Part shown: positions 42,580 through 50,936 of the stretch, piece by piece
How positions within the stretch are numbered: the first letter of the stretch is position 1
How the letters are laid out: each line of letters opens with the position of its first letter
NCBI GenBank assembly: GCA_043788365.1
Contig: JAYVTZ010000005.1
Location: 13,249-77,248 of the forward strand
Source: Burkholderiaceae bacterium
GTDB taxonomy: Bacteria; Patescibacteriota; Saccharimonadia; Saccharimonadales; AQU-01
DNA: 64,000 nucleotides
Direction: 5' to 3'
The notes under the pieces: model-generated
Database searches by the model: none
What the model was told of the DNA's origin: nothing
What the model saw: the letters and a program-made list of their open reading frames with translations, nothing else
Program-made: the position numbers and the translations under genes

Positions 42580-42615
42580 TTGCAAGGTTTCTCCCTGTAG
42601 CAAGGAGTCTCCCTC
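42580..42615 (+). repeat. Copy 3 of the conserved dual semi-palindrome element
   Basis: TTGCAAGGTTTCTCCCTGTAGCAAGGAGTCTCCCTC, between divergent ndk and the xerC-like gene. Confidence 0.65.
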
Positions 42616-42680
42616 TCGAATATTTTATTATTATCTGCCTCTTGTGTCGTACAATAAGGTTATGTTGATGAGTAATTACG

Positions 42681-43595
42681 ATGTTATTTAGCAAAGCCAA
42701 GACTGATTACCTAGAATATCTAGAGATTGAGCAAAATCGCTCTCAGAAAACAATCGCCAATTACGACCATTACCTAACTCGCCTACTCGATTTTGCCGGT
42801 GAAATTAAGGTCAGCGACATCAACCCTGAACTCGTCAGAAAGTGGCGACTATGGCTCAACCGGCTTGGTACTAATACCGCTGACGAACTCCAAAAATCGA
42901 CCCAGAATTATCACTTGATAGCTCTGCGTAGTTTTTTAAAATTCTGTGCTAAATGTGATATCCCTGCCCTTACCGCTGACAAGATTGAACTGGCAAGAAC
43001 TGTACGCAAACAAGTAACGTTTCTAAACGAAGAAGAGCTTGATCGTTTATTCACCCAACCAGATCTTAATAAAATGTCCGGGCTACGCGACCGGGCTATT
43101 TTAGAGCTACTGTTTAGTAGCGGGCTACGCGTTTCTGAACTAGTTAGCCTCGATAAAGACCAGATTAACCTAAAACGGCGTGAATTTATGGTTAGAGGTA
43201 AGGGCCAAAAAGACCGCCCGATATTTATAAGCCCCGTCGCTGCAAAATGGCTGACTCATTACCTAGAAAAGAGAGAGGACAACGCCAAGCCACTTTTTGT
43301 TCGCTACAGTGGCAGTAAAAAAGTCGATCTCAGTGGCAACTTCCACCGCTTAACAGCTAGAAGCATTCAAAGATTAGTTGCCCGCTATGCCCTATTAGCT
43401 GGTATAACCAAACACGTTAGTCCGCACACTTTAAGACACAGCTTTGCAACTGACCTTCTAATGAATGGGGGTGACCTAAGAGCCGTTCAGGCCATGCTTG
43501 GGCACAGCAATATTGCCACTACCCAAATCTATACCCATGTTACCGATCCTCATCTAAGAGCAATACACGAGAAGTTCCACCGTAAAGAACCGTAA
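42681..43595 (+). CDS. xerC: Tyrosine recombinase XerC/XerD family
   Basis: RDRAILELLFSSGLRVSEL, HTLRHSFATDLL, and LGHSNIATTQIYTHV (R-H-R-Y catalytic residues). Confidence 0.9.
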   Translation: MLFSKAKTDYLEYLEIEQNRSQKTIANYDHYLTRLLDFAGEIKVSDINPELVRKWRLWLNRLGTNTADELQKSTQNYHLIALRSFLKFCAKCDIPALTADKIELARTVRKQVTFLNEEELDRLFTQPDLNKMSGLRDRAILELLFSSGLRVSELVSLDKDQINLKRREFMVRGKGQKDRPIFISPVAAKWLTHYLEKREDNAKPLFVRYSGSKKVDLSGNFHRLTARSIQRLVARYALLAGITKHVSPHTLRHSFATDLLMNGGDLRAVQAMLGHSNIATTQIYTHVTDPHLRAIHEKFHRKEP

Positions 43596-43619
43596 ATCAT
43601 AAAACAACGGCCTAAAGGA

Positions 43620-44726
43620 TTAGTTTAAGCCACACTCGGTATCTGTCGTGGCTAGTGTACTACTGATTTTTATTCGTTTACAGATATTTGAGGCGGCCGC
43701 GACAGCAAAGTCAGGTGTTAAGTAGTTTGGAGCCGCAGAACTACTGACACTTATTCGTTTTACAACGTCTGCCGATCTGGCCGTGACGTCAACTACTATT
43801 TGTCCCTTGCCCTGGACTTGGCTCAAATTTATAGCCAGCCCAGCATTATTTTGCGGGGTTACAACTATCGAGGCACTCCTATAGACCGGCCTAATTCGTA
43901 AATAAAAATCATTGCCCGGTGGCACGGTTAGCGTTGCCCGGCAAAACTTTGGCTGGTTTGGTGTAGCATCATCACAGGCGCCATAAATAAGCTCACCTTT
44001 GTGATCGTCTGCCGGGTTACTAAAGGTAGTGGTAGCGCCAGGCACACTCTTGGGGTAAAGGAAGTAGACTTGGCTTGCTGCCAATAAACTGTCGGCAGAA
44101 TTACCAGCGGTCGACCAAGGCACGACCTCTACCTGTAAGACAGACGGCCAGCCACTTGGCCAGCCAGTTGCAGGTGTAAAGTTCGTACCATCCGGTGGGT
44201 AGCTTGGAGCCGAACCGACAGTATCTTGCCAAGCAATTTCGATCTGACTAATCGGCTCGGCTGGGTTAGCGGGCTGAAGATGAGCGATCTGAGAGGCAGT
44301 TGGACTGACGGCACTATACGCTAGCGAGAAGTTAGATGTATCCACAATCAAACAAGTGATTGTGGCATTATTGCCTGTTGGTAGGCCTGTAAAATAACTC
44401 GTGGCATGGCTGGCATCATATTCTTGTAGTTTCGTAAGAGTAGACTTGGCAGTTGAAGTTGTCGTGCAGGTACCGTTATCACTCTTAAGCGCATCAACGG
44501 TTGCACCATTATTTAGGGCTGCAAGTACTGTATTTATGGCCGACTCGGCTGCATAGTAGGCTTGAGTGCTTAATTCACGGTCTAGCGTCTGGCGTTGCTC
44601 ACGAGAAATAATTTGTGAGTAAGTTATAACAACTATTGTCATTATAAGCATAATTATCATCGACACTAGAATAGAGACTAGGCCGCTTTGATTTGTTTTA
44701 AGATTTTTATGCTTCATTCCCATCAC
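43620..44726 (-). CDS. Pilus-associated protein with PilX-N-like hydrophobic N-terminus
   Basis: NQSGLVSILVSMIIMLIMTIVVITYSQII followed by a Thr/Ser-rich domain. Last gene of the minor-pilin block. Confidence 0.6.
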   Translation of the reverse strand: MMGMKHKNLKTNQSGLVSILVSMIIMLIMTIVVITYSQIISREQRQTLDRELSTQAYYAAESAINTVLAALNNGATVDALKSDNGTCTTTSTAKSTLTKLQEYDASHATSYFTGLPTGNNATITCLIVDTSNFSLAYSAVSPTASQIAHLQPANPAEPISQIEIAWQDTVGSAPSYPPDGTNFTPATGWPSGWPSVLQVEVVPWSTAGNSADSLLAASQVYFLYPKSVPGATTTFSNPADDHKGELIYGACDDATPNQPKFCRATLTVPPGNDFYLRIRPVYRSASIVVTPQNNAGLAINLSQVQGKGQIVVDVTARSADVVKRISVSSSAAPNYLTPDFAVAAASNICKRIKISSTLATTDTECGLN

Positions 44727-44742
44727 TTCTTCCTGACATCTA

Positions 44743-45447
44743 TTATATGCGCTTTTGAACTATTGTCGACAGTTCAGCGACGGCACAAAATTGTGTGCCG
44801 GCATTCTTGCCGCTCCTACACTTTAAATCGGCTTTTGGTGGGTTTGAGGTTAGGCCAGTAGTTATAGGGGATGTCGTCCTTGAACAATCGGATGCGATTG
44901 ACGGGCTACATATTAGAGTTCCTTCTCCATAAATTACTTTTACGTTAATAATGTATAGACTACCAGAGGTATCTAGTGCCACGCTAAGCGTTGCTAGCCG
45001 CATGTTAGCCGGTACCAACTCTCTCTGGTTGCTGGCCACAAAGCCAGCGCTAGTCATATCTGACGACACACCACTACTGCAAGTTGCTGGTATGTCTCTA
45101 ATCAAAACATGCGGGACTCTATCAGGATTGACGTTACCAACATCATCAGTAAGCTGCTTGCCTAAGATGTAGCTATAGCGCTCGGTGCCGGCACAAAATG
45201 ACGATATTGATGCCGTTGTACTGGTTGGGGTTACTGGGCCATAACTAAATTGTATCGAGTGTGACACTTCCGACATTATCTCTCGCGCTGCCTCTTGCGT
45301 CTGGGCAGTCAGTATTCCTTTGTAGTAGACCCTACCAATTTGGATGGACATGGTTGCAAGAATAGTCAGAAATACAGAGAATACACTAGTAGTAATCAAT
45401 AGCTCGATTAGCGTAAAGCCTTTTGAATTAGTTCCTAGTTTAGTCAT
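44743..45447 (-). CDS. Prepilin-type N-terminal cleavage/methylation domain protein (minor pilin, PilW-like position)
   Basis: KGFTLIELLITTSVFSVFL class III signal. Confidence 0.75.
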   Translation of the reverse strand: MTKLGTNSKGFTLIELLITTSVFSVFLTILATMSIQIGRVYYKGILTAQTQEAAREIMSEVSHSIQFSYGPVTPTSTTASISSFCAGTERYSYILGKQLTDDVGNVNPDRVPHVLIRDIPATCSSGVSSDMTSAGFVASNQRELVPANMRLATLSVALDTSGSLYIINVKVIYGEGTLICSPSIASDCSRTTSPITTGLTSNPPKADLKCRSGKNAGTQFCAVAELSTIVQKRI

Positions 45448-45448
45448 A

Positions 45449-45952
45449 TTAGTATACCGAGTACTTTAATACGACCTCGTCATTACCACCGCCGCCGGCT
45501 CGCTGCCATCTAACCCGAATAGTGAAGTTATGGTCGGTTACCGTCGTTCGACTAATCCATTGATAGTACTTTAGCCCAGTGCTAGTAGAAATACAGGCCG
45601 CCGGATATGGGTTTGGCGAACCGAGCGTATCGGCGGTTGGACTAAGGTTTGGTGCAACTGGGATTTCAACAACTTTTTTGTTGGCCAAAGGGTTCAAAAT
45701 ATCAATGCATAGATTGGTAGTAGTGCCGCCAACCGTGAAACCTACGGTACTAGCGTAGACCCTGAGTGCCTCTGCTTGTGATTCGGCCAATTTAATAGCG
45801 GCGATGCGCTCCTGAGACCGTCTAGAGCCAGTTAAGCTACGATTGGCTGTCGTATACACCGCTGCTAGTACCAGTGAAGTCAGGGCTAGAGCAATCAAAA
45901 GTTCAACAATAGTATCGCCCTGCTCTAGTAATTTTCGTCTGTTCATATACAC
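45449..45952 (-). CDS. Prepilin-type minor pilin (PilV-like position)
   Basis: QGDTIVELLIALALTSLVLAAV. Confidence 0.7.
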   Translation of the reverse strand: MYMNRRKLLEQGDTIVELLIALALTSLVLAAVYTTANRSLTGSRRSQERIAAIKLAESQAEALRVYASTVGFTVGGTTTNLCIDILNPLANKKVVEIPVAPNLSPTADTLGSPNPYPAACISTSTGLKYYQWISRTTVTDHNFTIRVRWQRAGGGGNDEVVLKYSVY

Positions 45953-46779
45953 ACCCCCGTACCCATATTAATGATTGTATTTAATTGACGTCCATTGCTA
46001 CCAATTATAACGTCGGCGTGATACTTGGGGTTAGTTGCTGCTTCCTGTAGACATACTCGGAAGCCGTTCTTTGGGTTCTTGAGGCCATTTATAGTGGCGA
46101 GCGCTGTTGATAATGTCCAGTCAGGTAAAGTAGGGCTAGTGAGCGGTATTAGATCTGCCTGAATGTCGCCGCTATTAAGGTTATTGCCGCCGGCACCACC
46201 GTAAGCACCAAAGGTTGATGCCAATATTAAGCCGGTAGCTGTTGGTGCAGGCACAGTCCCGCTGCCATCGTCGTAAGATACGCTTCCGACAACTGTGCCA
46301 TAGGCTAAATTTTCGGTAATTGCGTCGACCGATGCGTTGGGAACAGGCACTGGTGCGGCCTCAACGACGTTTACTACGTTTTTGGCTACTCCAGATGAGT
46401 TTGTAGTTTTTTCCTTGCCGGCAAGCGTTTGAACCTGATAACTAGAGGAGCCAACCGTAAATTGTATTTCTTGACCGATCACGATACAGCCAGTGTTAGC
46501 TCCCTGTGCAGCCGCGCCCAGCGTAAAAGTTATCGGTGTCGTGCTTAAGGAGTCGGTACTACAAGTAAAGTTAGTCGTAGTCTTAAAATAGCCGGTTGCT
46601 GCGTCGTTGGCTAGATCGCTTAGTCTCGACTTAAAGTTCTGAACCGACTGCGTGAACTGCGTTTTCGACTGCTGACCATTGAGCATCGTGCCGGCAATCA
46701 CAAACATACCTGTCGTTATGGACAAAAATAACAGGATTTCAATAATAGTAAAGCCTTTGGCATTCATCCCTGTTCTCAT
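45943..46779 (-). CDS. Prepilin-type minor pilin
   Basis: KGFTIIEILLFLSITTGMFV. Confidence 0.7.
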   Translation of the reverse strand: MRTGMNAKGFTIIEILLFLSITTGMFVIAGTMLNGQQSKTQFTQSVQNFKSRLSDLANDAATGYFKTTTNFTCSTDSLSTTPITFTLGAAAQGANTGCIVIGQEIQFTVGSSSYQVQTLAGKEKTTNSSGVAKNVVNVVEAAPVPVPNASVDAITENLAYGTVVGSVSYDDGSGTVPAPTATGLILASTFGAYGGAGGNNLNSGDIQADLIPLTSPTLPDWTLSTALATINGLKNPKNGFRVCLQEAATNPKYHADVIIGSNGRQLNTIINMGTGVCI

Positions 46780-46828
46780 TAACTTTAGTATAGCATAAGC
46801 TTGATACTAAATTCGGAATCTTGTACCG

Positions 46829-47725
46829 CTAACTAATCCCAATCAGACGTGAATACCAGCTAATAATATTTGTGCCAAATAGGAAAACGATGACAGCCGC
46901 CATCATCAGGAACGGACCGAATGGTATGTGTCGACTAGGCTTAAACTTGCCCGACAGCAACATCGGTATAGCGACAAGCGTGCCTAGACATGAGGCTATA
47001 AATATAAACAGTAAGGCCTCGAATGGACCACCAACAATCAGCCCCAACATAAACCCAAGCTTTACGTCGCCGCCGCCAATCCATTTGCCGTCAGAAAGCT
47101 GGAAAAGTAGATAGAATATGCCGCCGCCAACCAGTAAACCGTATAATGACCTTAGGACAACGTGCAGCCCGTTATCCGACAGAATGGCCAGGTAAAATAC
47201 CTGTATAACAGCTAGGGCTATCATCGGATAAACTAGTTTATTCGGGAGTAAATACCACTTCAGGTCATAGACTGATAAGGCTAAAAAGCCGACCAAAAAC
47301 AACAGCCAAAACCCAAATAAGACAGCGTGAGAGCCGCCCCAGCCCAACGGCCAATTGAGGTATGAGACGACAAACAAAAGCGGCATTATGAGTTCGGTTG
47401 TCGGCGTATCGGCAAACCTTACCTTACAATAGCGACACTTACCCCAAAGCTGTAGCCAACTGAACACGGGAATTAGGTCTTTGGCAGCTAACTGATGCTT
47501 GCAGTTGGGGCACATCGACCGACCGGTTAGAATGGACAAGTCAGGTGAGCTGACAGTTGACGCTAGAGAGTTATGAGTTTTCGAAGCTTTAGACTTTCTG
47601 ACATTCGACTTTTGGCTATCTGACGCTTGTTCGTGCATACGCCAAATTAAAGCATTAACAAAGCTACCAAAACAAGCACCAACAAATACTAGGAAAATTA
47701 TAATCATTACCGTTAATAGTACCAT
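46829..47725 (-). CDS. pilD: Prepilin peptidase (A24 family)
   Basis: N-terminal Cys motifs CPNCKHQL...CRYC, polytopic body, and GGGDVKL catalytic Asp region. Confidence 0.9.
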   Translation of the reverse strand: MVLLTVMIIIFLVFVGACFGSFVNALIWRMHEQASDSQKSNVRKSKASKTHNSLASTVSSPDLSILTGRSMCPNCKHQLAAKDLIPVFSWLQLWGKCRYCKVRFADTPTTELIMPLLFVVSYLNWPLGWGGSHAVLFGFWLLFLVGFLALSVYDLKWYLLPNKLVYPMIALAVIQVFYLAILSDNGLHVVLRSLYGLLVGGGIFYLLFQLSDGKWIGGGDVKLGFMLGLIVGGPFEALLFIFIASCLGTLVAIPMLLSGKFKPSRHIPFGPFLMMAAVIVFLFGTNIISWYSRLIGIS

Positions 47726-47758
47726 ACAAATAAACAGACCCTGTTTCCAGGGTCTGTT
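47726..47758 (-). terminator. Intrinsic (probably partial) terminator after pilA
   Basis: AACAGACCCTG-TTTC-CAGGGTCTGTT 11-bp stem. The minus strand continues TTATTTGT. Confidence 0.7.
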
Positions 47759-47790
47759 GTTTGGCTTTGTTTAATACTCTGTTAAGAGAT

Positions 47791-48336
47791 TTAACCTTGG
47801 CACTGTTGTGCGTAAACGTTTGCGCCTGTTTCGATTTCGTAGACGACTGCAATGCTACGAGGAGAACCAGCGACGGTTGCACCACCAGCTGCACAGTCAG
47901 ATCCAGGATAGATGACTGCATAGTCGTGAGCACGATCAATGAATACGCCTGCTGCCTGCACTGTAGCAGCAGCACCGATACCAACACTACCAACCGTAAG
48001 AGGTTGTGCGGCAGCAACGTTAGCAACATTGTAAAAGCCGACTTTAGTCTGAGCTGTTGGCGAACCAGCAGTTGGGTTAGCAATCGTCAGTACACCGTTA
48101 GCAAGTGTTGGTTGCGTGCCAATTACTGGCAATAGACCATTGTTATTAGTCGAGTACTCATTAACGGCTGACAAAATGTTAGCAACGTCAGTCTTACGCT
48201 GTTGGTTACGTGAGTTACGCTGCAATGCAGGTACGGCCAAGAAGACAATCAACATGATTAGACCGGCAATTGATAGCACGATCAAAACTTCGATGATTGT
48301 GAATCCTTCAGTTCGTTTCTTTAAATTTTTAAACAT
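47791..48336 (-). CDS. pilA: Major type IV pilin
   Basis: KRTEGFTIIEVLIVLSIAGLIMLIVFLAVPALQRN class III signal plus a hydrophobic alpha-1 helix. A terminator follows. Confidence 0.85.
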   Translation of the reverse strand: MFKNLKKRTEGFTIIEVLIVLSIAGLIMLIVFLAVPALQRNSRNQQRKTDVANILSAVNEYSTNNNGLLPVIGTQPTLANGVLTIANPTAGSPTAQTKVGFYNVANVAAAQPLTVGSVGIGAAATVQAAGVFIDRAHDYAVIYPGSDCAAGGATVAGSPRSIAVVYEIETGANVYAQQCQG

Positions 48337-48453
48337 TTGTTACGCCCCCCTAAATTATTATTTATGCTTATGGTTTTTATAATACGGCTGTCACGGATAA
48401 AATGCAATGCTAGACTTATCCACAGGTCATCTGTTGGTGGCGTCAAAATCTTG

Positions 48454-49674
48454 CTAGTGGACAATTGACTGCCCAGCTAGGCCATAGATTGGTAAAAGTA
48501 CGGCTGCAACAATGACAAAGGCCATGACACCAAGCAAGACCATCAAAACTGGCTCGATGATAGTTGAAATGGCCTTAACCTGGTCATCAACTTCTTTCTC
48601 ATAGTATTCAGCGGTTTTTTCAAGCATCTTTTCGATCGCACCCGACTGCTCACCAATCCTAAGCATATTTGGTACTAACGGCAGGAAGTTCTTGTCGCCC
48701 AGGATTGCCTCTGATAATGCACGACCACCGCGTACTTTTTCGATAGCTTTGGCGATTGAAGCCGAAATATTGACGTTATTGATAGCTTGGGCGGTAATCT
48801 CGAGGACTTTTATAAGCGGCACGCCACTGGCAACTAGAGTCGTAGCAGTTCTAGCAAACCGCGCCATATATAATTTCATAAATAGTGGACCGAAAGGCCA
48901 AGCCTTCATCTTAATGGTATCAAAGACCTTCTTACCGACCACACTTCTAGACCACCTAGAAGTTAGAACTATCATTAGAATGACGAGAATTATTACCATC
49001 CACCAGAACTTAATAATCAGGTGTGACATACCGAGTAAAATCGTCGTGACGGCAGGTAATTTTGCGCCTTGGATGCCGGAATAGAGCACTTCTACCTGTG
49101 GCAAGACTTTGACAAGCATAAATGCTAACACCGCAAACATGACTACGATGACAATTGCTGGATATATAAGTGCGCCACGGACTTTGCGTACAATCTCAGC
49201 GTCTTTCTCTTGCTGATTGGCCAGCCGCTCAAGAGTCATATCTAGCGTACCTGAGGTTTCACCGGCGGCCACTAAGCTAACATATACTTGATTAAAGACT
49301 CTTTCGTGCTTGCCAAGAGCATCTGACAAAGTTTGACCGGCTTCAATGTCGCTGATAACCTTACCGATTACGGCCCTTAGGGGCTTATTAGTAATTTGAT
49401 CAGCTACGCTCCTGAGTGACTGAACCAAAGGCATACCAGCACCAACTAGGGTTGATAATTGGCGTGAGAATAATATCCTGTCTTTAGTCGGGACTTTGTT
49501 ACGGAAACGCGACACCGAGGTTTGTCCGGCCTCACGCTGTAGTACGATGTCAACTGGCGATAGACCCTCTTTAGCGATAAGTTGAGCAGCCGCGCCCTCA
49601 CTTTCGGCCTCAACGACCGACTTAATCTTTTGGCCAGTGACTCGGTCTCTGGCGGTGTATTTATAGGTCATCAT
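48454..49674 (-). CDS. pilC: Type IV pilus platform protein (GspF/PilC family)
   Basis: Two GspF-like repeats (FSRQLSTLVGAGMPLVQSL and FARTATTLVASGVPLIKVL). Confidence 0.9.
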   Translation of the reverse strand: MMTYKYTARDRVTGQKIKSVVEAESEGAAAQLIAKEGLSPVDIVLQREAGQTSVSRFRNKVPTKDRILFSRQLSTLVGAGMPLVQSLRSVADQITNKPLRAVIGKVISDIEAGQTLSDALGKHERVFNQVYVSLVAAGETSGTLDMTLERLANQQEKDAEIVRKVRGALIYPAIVIVVMFAVLAFMLVKVLPQVEVLYSGIQGAKLPAVTTILLGMSHLIIKFWWMVIILVILMIVLTSRWSRSVVGKKVFDTIKMKAWPFGPLFMKLYMARFARTATTLVASGVPLIKVLEITAQAINNVNISASIAKAIEKVRGGRALSEAILGDKNFLPLVPNMLRIGEQSGAIEKMLEKTAEYYEKEVDDQVKAISTIIEPVLMVLLGVMAFVIVAAVLLPIYGLAGQSIVH

Positions 49675-49693
49675 AGCTGAACTCCATAATGAC

Positions 49694-49802
49694 AGGAACT
49701 AGGAACTAGGAAATAGGAAATAGTAGTGTCGTAGTTGGCTAAATCTATCTTTTTAATTCTCTTCATACTAATTGCTAGTTCCTATCTACTAGTTACTAGT
49801 TA
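49694..49802. repeat. Inverted repeat with heptad-array arms in the pilT-pilC intergenic region
   Basis: Left arm: AGGAACT AGGAACT AGGAAAT AGGAAAT AG (49694-49724). The reverse complement of 49774-49802 is TAACTAG TAACTAG TAGATAGGAACTAGC, about 24 of 28 complementary. Confidence 0.75.
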
Positions 49803-50870
49803 TCCTCTCATCAATCGATCTAGCTCTTCAATATCGACGGCATAGGTACGGGCCTCATCATAACTAACGGTGCCATTATGAATCAGGCTCACTAATGTCT
49901 TGTCCATTGATTGCATACCGTATTCGGCGCCAGTCTGGATAACAGCCTCAAGCTGGTGACTCTTGCCTTCACGAATGATATTACGGACTGCGGGCGTGAC
50001 GACTAAAATTTCGGAAGCGACCGTTCTACCACCGCCAATCGTAGGTATAAGGCGCTGCGAACAGATGGCCATTAAAATGTTAGACAATTGGGCACGGATT
50101 TGTGGTTGTTGATGCGGCGGAAAGACGTCAACCATACGGTCGATACTTTGGGCTGCCGAGTTGGTGTGAAGCGTTGTTAGGACCAGATGACCGGTTTCAG
50201 CAATTGTGATGGCTGATGATATTGTCTCGAGATCACGCATCTCACCAATCAAAACGACGTCTGGGTCCTCACGTAAGGCCGAACGCAGCGCTGCCGAAAA
50301 GGAATAGGTGTCGTAGTGAACTTCGCGCTGCACAATAACTGAGCGCTTCGATTTATGAGTAAACTCAATCGGGTCCTCAATCGTTAAAATATGGGCCGGT
50401 CGCTCTTCATTAATTTTATTTATAATGGCGGCCTGAGTCGTAGACTTGCCCGAGCCAGTTGGGCCAGTCACTAAGACCAGTCCTCTTGGATAATTAGCAA
50501 AGGTATTAACCACCTCAGGCAGACCTAGGTCTTCAATCGTTTTTATTTCATTAGGGATTAGTCTGAGAGCAGCCGCCAAGTTACCGCGTTCGTGAAAGGC
50601 GTTAACACGAAATCGCCCAAGGTCACCAAAAGCAAAGCTAAAGTCAAATTCTTTGTCTTTTAGTAATATTTGTTTCTGGTCTTCGTCTAAGATAGCAAAA
50701 AGCAGTAGCTCAACAGTCTCTTCTGTTAACGGCGGCATCTGTGGTACGGCTACGAGTGAACCGTCCACACGTAACATCGGTGGAATACCAACCTGCAGAT
50801 GAAGGTCAGAGGCCTTCTTTTTGATAACATCTTCTAGCAATATTTCAATTTTTGGTTGGTTTTGCATCAA
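49800..50870 (-). CDS. pilT: Twitching-motility retraction ATPase
   Basis: GLVLVTGPTGSGKSTT Walker A, VVLIGEMRD, TGHLVLTTLHTNSAAQSIDR. Confidence 0.9.
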   Translation of the reverse strand: MMQNQPKIEILLEDVIKKKASDLHLQVGIPPMLRVDGSLVAVPQMPPLTEETVELLLFAILDEDQKQILLKDKEFDFSFAFGDLGRFRVNAFHERGNLAAALRLIPNEIKTIEDLGLPEVVNTFANYPRGLVLVTGPTGSGKSTTQAAIINKINEERPAHILTIEDPIEFTHKSKRSVIVQREVHYDTYSFSAALRSALREDPDVVLIGEMRDLETISSAITIAETGHLVLTTLHTNSAAQSIDRMVDVFPPHQQPQIRAQLSNILMAICSQRLIPTIGGGRTVASEILVVTPAVRNIIREGKSHQLEAVIQTGAEYGMQSMDKTLVSLIHNGTVSYDEARTYAVDIEELDRLMRG

Positions 50871-50936
50871 AAATTTCCTCCTGAGATTGTAGGAACTAGT
50901 TTTTGCATCTTTTGTTTAATTACTAGTTTTTGACTG

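Noticed and set aside
47664-48135. 139-aa minus-strand and 124-aa plus-strand ORFs overlapping pilA/pilD
   Set aside because: They are alternative frames of the clearly recognisable pilin gene. They have no start context and no motif.
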